Positions 49,851 to 62,329 of a stretch of DNA of 64,000 bases are shown here, piece by piece. Position 1 is the stretch's first letter. Each line of letters opens with the position of its first letter. The stretch is from Hemiscyllium ocellatum (taxonomy: Eukaryota): positions 81,193,612 to 81,257,611 of the forward strand of contig NC_083413.1 in NCBI RefSeq assembly GCF_020745735.1, read 5' to 3'. Under the pieces are notes generated by a model that saw only the letters and a program-made list of their open reading frames with translations, made no database searches and was not told where the DNA came from. The position numbers were made by a program, and so were the translations under genes.

Positions 49851-52800
49851 TTTTAGAATGCCAGTCAGGATTTCGAAGCGTATACAAACAATGATGGAGA
49901 AACAATGAAGCAGAATGAACTAATTAAGAAATTGAGAAGGCCATTGTCACATTGGTTCCAAATCAGCCCCCAACCCCTGTAAACCTTTTACGCAGAATAC
50001 ATGCATTTTTTTTTACTGTCTCTGGAATGACATTACCAAATCTCTGCATTGGAGTTACGGTGCAGGAACACAACTATCAGCCCACTGCAGGCCATTGTGC
50101 TATGTCTTTATCAATTACAATGTAATATTAAATAGGCAATGAAAACATATATCAATTGTGCTAATTTGAACAGCAGTGGAGAAGCACCTGGACTGTCCAG
50201 TATTGGTTCCCCACAGGTGTGATAAAGGCATTACTTGACTTTGCAACTCAATTCCGATTATTGAAATTTCAATAACACAGTATTTCTCAGACTATGGTTA
50301 AAATCCCATGAGAGACAGAAAATAAAAGCAGCATTGACAAAACACTACTTTGTTAGCCAACCTATACTCCAAACAGAAAAGATCCTCCATTTAACATTTA
50401 AAATGACTGAAAAGTACATCTGTGAGGGGTAATTTAAGTGGCCCCTTAAAGTGTCTACTTATTCTCTAAGAACAAGTCTGAAGAGGCTCCTTATTCCTTT
50501 TACAGCATGATCATTTCTAATCCTTGAATTGATTTTCATAATGTGGTTCTCTGGAGCTTCCTTCCTCTATCCAAAGCTAGTCAAATTTTCCAGCCTCATT
50601 TAAATCCTCAGTTTTGATCTCTTCAATAGTAAAACAATTCAAACTTGCAGATTTTTATCTTTTATCACCCTTCTTCCCCATCTCTTGCAGACTGTAGCCT
50701 CATATTTAAAAATCTCCAATTAGGTTTCTGTGTGTCACAGCATAGTGGCATTATGGTTTTGTTCTTGTATTTGTAATCCAGAAACTTAGACTAAAGATTT
50801 AGAGATTTGAGTTCAAGCACTACCATGGCAATTTGCAAATGTTAATAAAAAGCTATTAAAATAGTAATGACCTCCAGTGCTCATGGATTATTGTGAAAAT
50901 CAAATTGATTTATTAATATCCTTTTAAGGAACTTATTGTCCTTTCCCAGACTGGCCAGTATGTGACTTCAGTTGTGGAGGAATATGATTGACTCTTAATT
51001 GGCACTGGATCTTCGTATTTTCTTCAGCCACCAAGAGGTTACACCCAAGCCACTAATCCTGGCAATGTCCTCCTTGAGGACAGCACAAACCTTTGCAAAA
51101 TTGAGATATTCAAGAAACAGCCTGTTCAGATTCATCTCATACCAAAACCAGCTATGTCCTAACCAGCAGCTGGACAGATCCACCAGAGGTGGCAGCATGG
51201 AGCAGGGGTGGAATTCCTCAACATTGACTCAAGAATCCATAAGACTCGTGGCATTAGATGAAATATGAGCAAGGGAAACTCCTACTGATTAACATCTACT
51301 GGATGAATCCATACTCCTGTATGCTGAACACCAATTGATAGAAACACTGAGGATAATAAAGGAATAGAACATATTTTGGGTCCAGGCTACAATATTGATT
51401 ATCAAGAATGGCTTGGTAACATGACTATTGGTTAAGTCCTGAAGGCCATATCTGCCAGACTCAGACAGCTGGTGAGAGAACCAATAAGAGTAAAAACCTA
51501 CTTGGCCTTGTCCTCCTGAATCTTGCCTGTTCCTGATGTCCCAGTAGTTATAGGGGGACTCGTTGCATCATTCCTAGTGGATACTAGGTCCTCACTTCAC
51601 AATGAAAATGATCTCCATTGTGTTATGTGGCATTGTAAAGAATGGATTCAGTTCAGAAGTACAGCACCAAACTGGGCATCGATCATCAGCAGCAAAATTG
51701 TATTTATAGCCTCAGGGTCCATCATTTCCCTCGCTCTACCATTGCCATCAAGCCAGGGGATGAACCTTGGGCAGTATAGGAGAAACTGCCAGCAGTAGCA
51801 GTCTTACTGAAAATGTTATGTTAACCTGATGAATCAGTACTTGTCTATTTGGTAAAGCAGGACTCCACATATGCTAAACAGTGAAAAACGATGTGCTTTT
51901 GACAAAACTGGGTGGGGGGAGGTGGCAGACGTCGACCTTTTGGTGGTGTCACTGGACTAGAACAAGGTAAGATTCTGGGGACTTGTGTGTGAATTCCACT
52001 ACAATAGATGGTCGTAAATTCAATAAAAATCTGGAATTGAAAATCTAATGATGACCATGACACTATCCTCAGCTGTCATAAAAAGCCATCTAATTCATTA
52101 ATATCCTTCAAGGAAGGACAACTACCTTAACTGGTCTGGTCTACATGTGAGTCCAGACCCACAATGTGCTTGACTCTTAATTGCCCTCTGAAATGGTCTA
52201 GCAATTCAGTTGTATTCACAGCTAGCAAGTCTCAAAAAAACAATGACACTGGATGGACCACCTGACAGCAATCTGGAAAGGTTGGAACCAACAGTGGCAT
52301 ATACAATCCTGCCGACTCTGTAAAGTGCTTCAATAGGAGAGCTGTCTCACAGACTGACATAGCAATTCTTATAGAATCTTACAAGTAATGCCCCAGATAC
52401 CATGATCACCATCCCTGGATATGTCTTGTTGCAGTGGAAGGACAGATCCAACAGGGATGGTGGCACAATGATATATGGGAGAGAGTTCCTCTTGGAGTCT
52501 GGAGCCCATTAATCATGCCATCAGGTTAAATATTGGCAAGGAAAACTCCTGCTGATTACTACATATGAAGTCCCTTTGGCTAATCGATCAGCACTACTTC
52601 ATGTTGAATACAACTGAAGGAGGCAAGGGCACAGAATATTCTCAAGTGGGGACTTCAATGCCCAGTGCTAAAGTTGTTCAACAGTAGCATTGCGGATTGA
52701 GCTGTTTGAGTCTGAAAAGATGAGCTGCACCCAATGGTCTTTCTGTTCAGCAACACTCCCCAGCACCTTACCATTAACTGTATCATTTATTTTGATCTGA

Positions 52801-53379
52801 ATACTATGAGCAATTAAGATAGGCAAGGGGCTGCAAGAACACAGCAAGCCAGGCAGCATCAGGAGATGGAGATGTCGACAATTTGGGTGTAACCCTTGTT
52901 TCTCCAATTAAATAAAGAAGCATTAATTTTGCTCTTTTACTTTTTTCCTCCTTTGATCTTTTTTTAAATTTGCGTATGCTCTCCCACTCTGGATAATATT
53001 ATGTAAATAGCTGCCCTGTAATGTTGCAATATCTATACTCATGCTTTGTAAGCTTACTTTTCCCTTCTCCCAAACCCTCCCTGCTCTAATTGGTTTAAAG
53101 CCCTCACTGCAGCTCACTGTCCCATCAACTTTGAAATCTATTCCACTTAAACTGATCTTTGAACTAGACATTTAATTCTGTGGATCCGATATGCATGAGT
53201 AAACTCCATGTGAATCTGTGTACCCCATATGACAATAGAGCAAATTCTAATTCTGTGTTGCATACGCATGTGCGTGCTTCTGTTCAACTGTGTTATATGT
53301 GTATATGTTTTATATTTCCTATGTTAGCTATAAATAAAAATTGTGTATAATAAAACCAACGTGTTTTGCTTTAATTTGA

Positions 53380-53953
53380 AACAGATCCACGCTTTTAACC
53401 TTTCGACAAAACATTTCGCGTTTTAAAGAACAAATACCTTCTTGATTTTCAGTTGGCCAGAAAGCGGCAGTATGTCTACAAGAAGTAGTCTTCCTGTGTT
53501 TAGTGCGAGATGCCGAGAGTGAGTGAGTGACAGAGAGAGAGAGAGAGAAAGCCTTGTTTTGTAATGCAGGGGTTGCCTGTTGTCTTTGTGCGTGAAGCGG
53601 GTTGGTGAGCACTTGAAACGGTGGATGTGGTTGGACCTTCTGATCACAACGCATTATCTTTTCCATAAATGGGGCTGCTGGCGAAAGTTGCTGGAAACCC
53701 GGAGGCATTTTAGCAGGGCTTACAATCGGGTTTATTTGCTGTAAAAATCGTCTCACCCATAAAAGGGGAGCAAGCCGAGAGGGAGAGGCAGCGAGGGAGG
53801 CGGTGCAAGCACATCTGCAACTGAATCACCCTGAAGGAACAGCCGCGAAAAAGGGCGAGAGTGAGAAAGATCAACCACCCTCTACAATCAGAGGTTCCTT
53901 GAAAACAAGGCAGGAAGTTTAATTTGCAGCACGTCCCGGAGCAGAAGATCAGT
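53380..53953 (+). promoter_or_regulatory. BOK: Probable BOK promoter and non-coding exon 1
   Basis: Non-repetitive, CpG-enriched stretch ending at a donor-like AGT|GTGAGT (53953/53954). Splicing it to 58385 gives a strong Kozak context, AGT-ATG-G. Confidence 0.6.
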
Positions 53954-55083
53954 GTGAGTCAAACCCTCTCCTTTGCCTCTGCTTTAAGCCATGTTGCTGG
54001 CTCGATGGAAAAGCAGTCTGTTCAGCATTGACCCATTCTATCTCCAAACTCACCTGGAGACTGCTGTACCTCACCTCTCTAACCTTTCCTCCTCCCTCTG
54101 TCCTCTCCTTCATCTCTCCCTCTCCTCTGTCCTCTTCTTCGTCATTCCCTCCCCTCTAGTTCCCGGGAGCTCCGCCGCTGCCGTTCCATCTGGATTTTGA
54201 AGATTTCGCGTTTTCCAGTTCCCCCCTTGGGAGAGGGGCATGTTTTGGGTGGGGTGTGTGTTGGTGAGAATTTGTTCTCTTCAGACGTTGTTTCATTTTT
54301 TGGACGGCTCCTAGCGCCTCTCACAGGGTAGTTTGCTGGGATTGAGGCTGTTTCTCTTTTCATTTTTCTTTCATCTTCGGATTTGGAAAAGAAATCCACT
54401 CAATGGGTTTAATGGTTTACTTATGCAGATCCTTTGCATGCAGATTTTTGGGTTTTGCATTTGTTTGATTGTTTTTCAGTTGTAAGTTTTTGGTGATGGC
54501 TGTATCGTTAATGCCTGCCTGAACTTTGAGGATTTGACTGGTTTAAGTTTGGCGCTGGCATTTGTTGTTCATTTTGTTCCACGTTTCCAGAGAGTCTTGG
54601 ATGAAAAAAAAGCTTTCAGCTTGTTTGAACACGAACTGAGTGGCCTCCCAAATTGTAACCATTTCGTGAATCTAATCACCCAGTTGTAGCAACGTCTACT
54701 TCTTAAATCTGCAATGAAAAACAAAGTGCTGAAGAAACCCAGCAGAGCTGAATCATTTGTGGAGAATTAAGAATTCATATTATGTCCAAGATAATTTTAA
54801 TATTTTAATATCAATGATTTTAATATCAATGTCCTAGCCTTAAACCTTTCAGACAAGGGAATGAATTCCAATCAAACACATCTCTGTTAAAAGAGAAAGG
54901 AAAATCTGGTATCTGCAGCTGTGGCTATGTGGTAGCATTCTGGCCAAAGATGTTTACTTACCACTTCACTGACTAGAGCACAGAATAGAACTTTAAACCT
55001 GGATCTTGCTTACCCCTCTCCCTTTGAAAAGGATGGGTTTTCTTTCTGGGTCTCTCAGCCTCAATAAGCAATCACAAAAAAAC

Positions 55084-55271
55084 CATGATTTGGAGATGCC
55101 GGTGTTGGACTGGGGTGTACAAAGTTAAAAATCACACAACGCCAGGTTATAGTCCAACAGGTTTAATTGGAAGCACACTAGCTTTCGGAGCGATCGAAGG
55201 AGCGGCGTTCTGAAAGCTAGTGTGCTTCCAATTAAACCTGTCGGACTATAACCTGGTGTTGTGTGATTTTT
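55084..55271. mobile_element. Palindromic pLTR mini-insertion, same family as 2103-2995
   Basis: Inverted arms ~55127-55192 and ~55206-55271 meet in hammerhead stem II (GAAAGCTAGTG). Confidence 0.88.
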
Positions 55272-55424
55272 GATAAAAAAACATAACTGTCACTACTGTG
55301 TCAGATGTTTGAATTGTTGTTAAGCACTTTGAGACATCAGGAAGTGAAATGTGCTATACCAATATAAGTTCTTTCTTTGAAAATTGCACTCCATGGCCCT
55401 TAGCTTGTGCTTTCCTATAACAGA

Positions 55425-55572
55425 AGAAAGTGAGGACTGCAGATGCTGGAGATCAGAGCTGAAAATGTGTTGCTGGAAAAAGTGAACCCTTCTTCATGCC
55501 CGAAACGTCGATTCTCCTGCTCCTTGGATGCTGCCTGACCTGCTGTGCTTTTCCAGCAACACATTTTCAGCT
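55425..55572. mobile_element. Palindromic pLTR mini-insertion
   Basis: agctgaaaatgtgttgctggaaaa ... ttttccagcaacacattttcagct. Confidence 0.85.
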
Positions 55573-57089
55573 TTCCTATAATGAACTGGATTTACCACAT
55601 CCTAGAAATGGTGGAGGCCATACACTGAATGTTTTTAAGAACGGGTTAGATATAGTTCTTAGGGCTGAAGGGAATCAAAGGGTATGGGGAGAAAGCAGGA
55701 GCAGAGTACTAAGTTGGATGATCACCTGTGATCATATTGAATGGCAGAACAGGCTCAAAAAGGCTGAGTGACCTACTGTATTTTCTATGTAAACGTAGAT
55801 AGCTTATCCAGTTCTTTTGAACCTGTCTTCTGATGATCCCTTCTATCTTCACTATCCTCGGCATTGCCCTTTATGTTTCAGTGACTAGATCTGCTCTCCA
55901 GGAAACCTAACAATGATAGTGCCTAGCTTCAGCATTGCCTTGGAGTTCCAACTCAAATTTGGAAAAATATAGCGAATGAAGCTCGTCACAAGTAAAGGTG
56001 AGGTAGTACATCTCAGCAGGGGCAAAAAAAAGTCACAAGGGGTCACTTGTAAAGTGCAACTCAAGGAACTAACGAATTTCATGAGTACAAATGTACCAAT
56101 CACCAAATGTTGTGCCATAGGTTAGCTGTGCAATAAAAGAAGTAAACTAAGCACTTGGTATTATTTCCAGAGGGATAAAATTCAGAAGTAGGGAGATTAC
56201 ATCAAACCTTGGTTTGCCCACACTTAGCAGCACTACATGCAGTTCTGGTTGTTGTATTTTAAAACAGTCATAAGCAGCAGGGGAGAGGGTGCAAAGAACT
56301 CCAAGTGTGCATGTATCAGGAAAGGATGTTTAAAACATTATTCAACAGGATATGAGAATCACTACAGTATTCATTTCCCATCTCCAATTGCTCTCAGAGG
56401 CCTTCCTGAACGGCTGCAGGCTGTGTACTGTAGGAACATTCACAATGCTGTTAGGAAGGGAGTTGCGTGATTCTTATCCAGTGAAACTGAAGGAACGGTG
56501 ATATATTTCCAAGTCAGGATGGCTTGGAGGAGAACTTGCAATTGGTAGTGTTTCTATGTATCGACTGGCCCTGACCTTCTAGATCCTAGAATTCACAGGT
56601 GTGGAAGGTGTAATTGAAGAAGCCTTGGTGAGTTGTTACAATGCTTCTTGTAAGTGATATGCAATGCAGCCACTGTGCATCACTGCTGGAAGGAATAAAT
56701 ATTTTAAGGTATTGGTACTTCTCTGCGCCAGATGTAAGGGCACAGAGGGAGTATGCACCCAGGTGGTTCAGGATGTGGGGTGTGGGTACCTGAGAGACTT
56801 CCATCCGATGTGGAATTCTGAGCAGGAGCATGCCCAGTTTGGAGCACACAGCTCCCTAGGCTGTCCTCCAAACCTTACACAATATCAGCTCCAAGCACCG
56901 CTATTTGCAGGCAATGGATGGCATCGGCCATGAGCTGGGTGTCCATTGCCACCCTGTTTGCCAATTCCTTGGGGAACATCTAGCCCAGGCCCCTGCCACC
57001 CAGCACATCCCCAACACTGGTCACCCCCACAGCCAAATCCCTCCCCTTTTCCAGGCACTTGAACCTGCAATAGTAGAAATTTACATCAC

Positions 57090-58118
57090 ATGTAGACAGG
57101 GTGGTTAAGAAAGCGTTTAGCATGCTTGCATTGTTGACTCAGACCTTTGGAGTATAGGAGTTGGGATGTCATGTTGGGGTTGTACAGGATGTTAGTGAGG
57201 CCTGTTCTGGAGTACTATCCAGTTCTGGTTGCTCTGTTATAGGAAGGATATTATTAAGCTGGAGAGGGTTGCAGGGAACGGAAGGTTTGAATTAGAAGGA
57301 GAGGCTGGGACTTTTTTCACTGGAATGTAGAAGGCTGAGGGGTAATATTATAGAAATTTATAAATTCACAAGGGGTATGTCTTTAGGGTTGGGAATTACA
57401 AGATTAGGGAGCAAATTTTTAAGATGAGAGGCAAAATATTTTAAAAAACACGAGGGGCAGCTTGTATTTTTTTAAGAGTGTATGAAATGAACTTCCAGAG
57501 GAAGTGGTGGATATGGTTACAGTTACAATGTTTAAAAGACATTTGAATAAGAGCAGAAGGTGGCTCAGTGGTTAGTACTGCTGCCTCACAGCGCCAGGGG
57601 CGTGGGTTCAATTCCAGCCTCGGGTGACTGTTTTTGCACATTCTCTCTGTGTCTGCATGGGTTTCCTCCAGTTTCCGCCCACTATCCAAAGATGTGCAGG
57701 TTAGGTGAATTGGCCATGCTAAAATTGCCAATAATGTTTAGGGATGTGCAGGTTAGGTTAGTAAGAGGAAATGTAGAGTAATACGATAGGGGAATGGGTT
57801 TAGGTGGGTTACTGTCTGGAGGGTTGGTGTGGACTCAGCCTGAAATAGCCTGTTTTCACACTGTAGGGATTCTGTGATTCTATGATAACTACATTTAATA
57901 GGAAAAAATTGGAATTATATGGGCAGATGGGACAAGTTTAGTTTGGGAACTCGCTCAGCATGAACAGGTTGGACTGAAGGGTCTGTTGTCGAAAAGTATG
58001 GCACTGGAAAAGTACAGCAGGTAGGCAGCATCCGAGGAGCAGGAGAGTCGACGTTTTGGGCATAAGCCCTTCATCATGAATGTGTGGGTCTGTTTCCATA
58101 CTGTGTGACTCTATGACA
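57090..58118 (+). mobile_element. CR1 3' region with a nested HE1 SINE (~57552-57884) and a nested pLTR fragment (57988-58085)
   Basis: CR1 consensus resumes after each insert. Duplication GGGTCTGTT at 57979-57987 and 58086-58094. Confidence 0.88.
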
Positions 58119-58384
58119 TTTGTAGCTGATTGCCAGTTAACCAGCACTGACAGGGAGTTTCTGCTAAATACTGACTAACTTGCAGTTTTTAAGTTTTAAA
58201 TTGAATTCAACTAAATTTCAGTTTGACACACTGTTGTTTATAAGAGTATCTCACATACACTAAATACCCATCTCCTACCCTGTTTGTTATGCACCCTTTT
58301 CTGTCGCCACTTTGTAGACCTTTGTTTGGATATCTTCTAGTGTAGTTCAGATATTATCTGATCATAATGTTGCTTTTCTACCAG

Positions 58385-58607
58385 ATGGAGATGCTTCGAC
58401 GTTCCTCTGTCTTTGCTGCTGAAGTGATGGATGTTTTTGACCGCTTTCCACCTGAGAAAGAGCTCATTTCTCAAGCTAAAGCACTGTGCCGAGATTACAT
58501 CCATTCCCGCCTGATCCGAGCTGGAATTGTTTGGAGTAAACCAGAACCTGCTGTTTCTAGTCCAGCGAGCAAACTTACTGAGGTTTCAGCCGCACTTCTT
58601 CACTTGG
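58385..58607 (+). CDS. BOK: BOK (BCL2-related ovarian killer) first coding exon; gene continues beyond the window
   Basis: MEMLRRSSVFAAEVMDVFDRFPPEKELISQAKALCRDYIHSRLIRAG...LLHLG matches the BOK N-terminus, BH4 and start of BH3. Acceptor ttttctaccag|ATG. Donor G|gtaagt. Confidence 0.97.
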
Positions 58608-58894
58608 GTAAGTTTACCACCACAGGAGCACAGGAGAATCCGAGAGAGAGAAGGGAATCAGCAATCTTGATGATAGGAATGGGAAGAGTCAGGACAGTTG
58701 AATGGTGAGAGTTGGAGTGAGAGCAAAAAGAATAGAGGACGGGTGATAGAATTGCTTGGAATGAGTTATGGCAAGAGACAGAAAAGAGATTCAAAATAAT
58801 CAAAAATCAGGAACTCAATGCTCGTTTTTCAGTTGATACTAAACAATGAGAGGTTTGGAATTTGCAGGTTCCTGTGGTATTCAAATCTGACGAT

Positions 58895-59388
58895 GGACAC
58901 TGCATTATAAGAAGGATGTGGAAGCTTTGGAAAGGGTGCAGAGGAGATTTACTTGGATGTTGCCTGGAATGGAGGGAGGGCTGAGGGACTTGAGGCTGTT
59001 TTCATTAGAGAGAAGAGGGTTGAGAGGTGACTTAATAGAGACATATAAAATAATCAGAGGGTTAGATAGGGTGGACAGGGAGAGCTGTTTTCTAAGAATG
59101 GTGACGGCGAGCCCGAGGGGGCATAGCTTTACATTGAGGGGTGATAGATATAGGACAGATGTCAGAGGTAGTTTCTTTACTCAGAGTAGTAAGGATATGG
59201 AATGCTTTGCCTGCAACGGTAGTAGATTCGCCAACTTTTAAGTACATTTAAGTCATCATTTGACAAGCATATGGACAAACATGGAATAGAGTAGGTTAGA
59301 TGAGCTTCAGATTGGTACGACAGGTTGGCGCAACATCGAGGGCCAAGGAGCCTGTACTGCGCTGTAATGTTCTATGTTGTTCTATGTA
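58895..59388 (+). mobile_element. CR1 3' end
   Basis: ALERVQRRFT...LFSLERRGLRGDLIETYKIIRG; tail (ttctatg)n. Confidence 0.9.
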
Positions 59389-59849
59389 TGCAGTGGGAAT
59401 TACAGAGAATCCCAACAAATCAGATGGAAATTAAAGTTTCTTTGTTCTGTCATTATAAAGCACCAGTCAAGAAAGCAAACACGGCGCTGCAATACAGAGG
59501 ATTATTTATGATTCAATGCTGCCACGTGGGCTGTGCCATCTGGCAACATTAATCTGAAACTTGGCTGGCACAGTAAGGACACAGTCTTTGTCTGAGAAGT
59601 CGAGCAGGCAACTTCCTCAGTTATCGATCAATGATCTGAAATCCCTCAGCAGATAGAGGTTGATTACCGTAACAGGAAGTTAAGCAAGAGAGTGACATAT
59701 CGTAGTTCCATGAAAGAAAAAGGATTTCAAAGCACATGGTCAACCTAAGGGAGACTTCAGCTAAGTGGTTACATCTGGGAATTTGGTTCAAAGTTGCAAT
59801 ATAGAAAGAGGTGTTGTAAATGAGGTTGCCTGGCGGAATTAATGTGTGC

Positions 59850-61200
59850 TGACTGGGAGTTTGCTGAAAGATGGGAAGGAGGTGTTCTTTTCCTCCTTAT
59901 TTTTTCTAGCCTCCAGCATTTGATTTCTGATTTTGTGCTGTGAGGGAACTGCTAAATCAGGACCTGGTTTTAATAAAGCTGTAGACTCTATAAACCTTAA
60001 ATCTTATCAGTGTTGTAAAACAGTCCTGAAGAAGGGTTACACCCAAAACATCGACTTCTCCACCTCCTGATGCTGCCTGGCTTGTTGTGTTCTTCCAGCC
60101 TCCTGCTTGTCTACCTTGGATTCCAGCATCTGCAGTTTTTTTTTCTTGTAAAGTTTACTGGCAGGGCTGAAGCATATATTTGGAGTTGAAGGCTGTATTA
60201 CATTAAATTAGATTCCCTGCAGTGTGGAAACAGGCCCTTCAGCCCAACACCGACCCTTCGAAAATTAATAGTTAGTTAACACATATTAGAGGTGGCATGG
60301 CAGGAAATGTGCAACAGTTTCAAACTGTGGGAGCTTCTGGATGCTGGTGTGATCCAGGGCAAACATATTTGCAGTAAGTGCTTATGGCTGTGGAGTTTCA
60401 AGCTCAGTGAGTTAGAGGCCAAGCTGCACATACTGCAGCACACTAGAGAGGGGGAGAGTTACATGAACACTTTATTCCAGGAGACGGTCACACCACAATG
60501 GATGTGTTTTCTGATTTGTTCAGTGGTCAAGGACAGGAAAGTGTGACTGCAAGAGAAGCTGGTAAGAGGACCTGGAGGGAGGAGCGCAGGAATTATCCAG
60601 AGGCTTTGGTGTTTTTTTTCAGCTAGTTTGAATGAGAGTGAGGACTGCAAGGTGGATGTGTTAACTGGCCATGGCACCTTAGCACAAGAAGCCATTCATG
60701 AGAGGAGACGGGGACCAAGAAGTGGTTGTAGGGCACAGTGCAGTGAGGTGGACTGACCCTGTTTTCTGCCGCAAAACGTGCAAGTTCAGGTGGCAGTGTG
60801 GTCTGCCTCGTACCGGAGAAGGACGTACAGTAGGAACGGGAGAATCCGGTGGTTGTAGTTCACGTTCATACCAATGACCTTCGTGGAAATAGGAAAGAAG
60901 TTCTGCTGAGGGAATTTGAGAAATTAGGTACTCGATTAAAAAAGCAGAACCTCAAAGGCAAAAATCTCTGAATTTTTCACCTGAGCCATATGCAAATTGC
61001 CATATGATGAATAAAACTCGAGGCTGAAAGATGTGTATAGACATAGTGAAGTCTGAATTGTGGAGCACTGCCATAGCACTAGGGAAAATGAGATCTGCAC
61101 CAATGGGGAAGTCTACTCGTGAACCTTTTTGGGATTGGTGTTCTCAAGAAATGTCTAAGTAAGGAAGTAAGTAGGCTTCAAACTAAACAAGGAAGATTGA
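59850..61200 (+). mobile_element. Old CR1 5' UTR and ORF1 remnant, with a pLTR fragment at ~60022-60140
   Basis: Decayed zinc-finger-like CNSFKLWE...HICSKC, a leucine-zipper-like stretch and esterase VVVVHV.TND. Confidence 0.7.
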
Positions 61201-61407
61201 ATGATCAAGCTTCAGTAAATGTAACCAATCAAGAATAGACTTGAAGCAGGAGATCAAAACACTAATGTGGAAAGTGAAGGTCAGAGAGTGGCAGGAGGGA
61301 CACAGAGAAAAACCTAAGAACCTACCATCTAGGCTAGATTCTGCCAAGATAACAAAAAAACACAAAGGTTCTATGCCTAGCATTCATAATTAAGTAAATT
61401 AATTAAT

Positions 61408-62312
61408 ATCATAGAGTCATTGAGTAATTCAGCATGGAGTTCGGTCCAAACTGGTCCATGCTGACCATGGTGCCCACTCAGCTAGTTCCAAATGCCTGTA
61501 TTTGGTCCATATCCCTCTAAACCCTCCCCATTCATGTACCTATCCAAATGCTTTTTAAATGTTGCTATTGTAACTGCCTCAACCACTTTCTCTGGCAGCC
61601 ATTCCATATATGCACTGCTCTGTGTGTGAAGATGTTGTCCCTCAGCTCCTTCTTAAATCTTTCCCTTCTCATTTAACCTATGCTCTCTGGTTTTCAATTC
61701 TCCATCCCTGGGAAAAAGACTATCTGCATTCATCCTATCAGTGCCCCTCATGATTTTATACACCTCAATAAGGTCATCCGTCATTCTCCTACGTTCCAAG
61801 GAACAAAATCCTATCTTGGCCAACTTCTCCCTATAATTCAGGCCTACTAGTCATGGCAACATCCTCTAAATCTTCTTTGCACTCTTTCCAGTTTAACTAT
61901 GTCTTTCCTATAACAAGGTGACCAAACAGGACACAATACTCCAAGTATTGCCTTGCCTTCTACAACTGTAACATAACATCACAACTCTTATACTAAATGC
62001 CTTGAATGACGACGGCCAGCATGCTAAATGTCTTCCTCACCACCCTGTCTACCTGTGACACCACTTTCAATGAACTATGTACTTGTACTTCTAGGCCCCT
62101 CTGTTCTACAACATCCTGAGGACCTTACCATTTACTGTATAGGTTCTACCTTGGTATGACTCTGCAAAGTGCAACACCTCACATTTTTCTGTATTGAAAT
62201 CCATTTGTCAATCCTTAGCGTACACCCCATCTGACCAAGATCCCTCTGTAATTTTTAATAACCTTCCTTCCTATCAATTATACCTCCTAATTCTACATCA
62301 TCCGCAAACTTG
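61408..62312 (-). mobile_element. CR1 3' region
   Basis: Reverse CR1 3' UTR through FADD. Confidence 0.88.
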
Positions 62313-62329
62313 AATTGATATAATCTGGT

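Noticed and set aside
53328-53756. 142-aa minus-strand ORF at the BOK promoter
   Set aside because: Runs through a (GA)n microsatellite and has no recognisable domain; likely a chance ORF.
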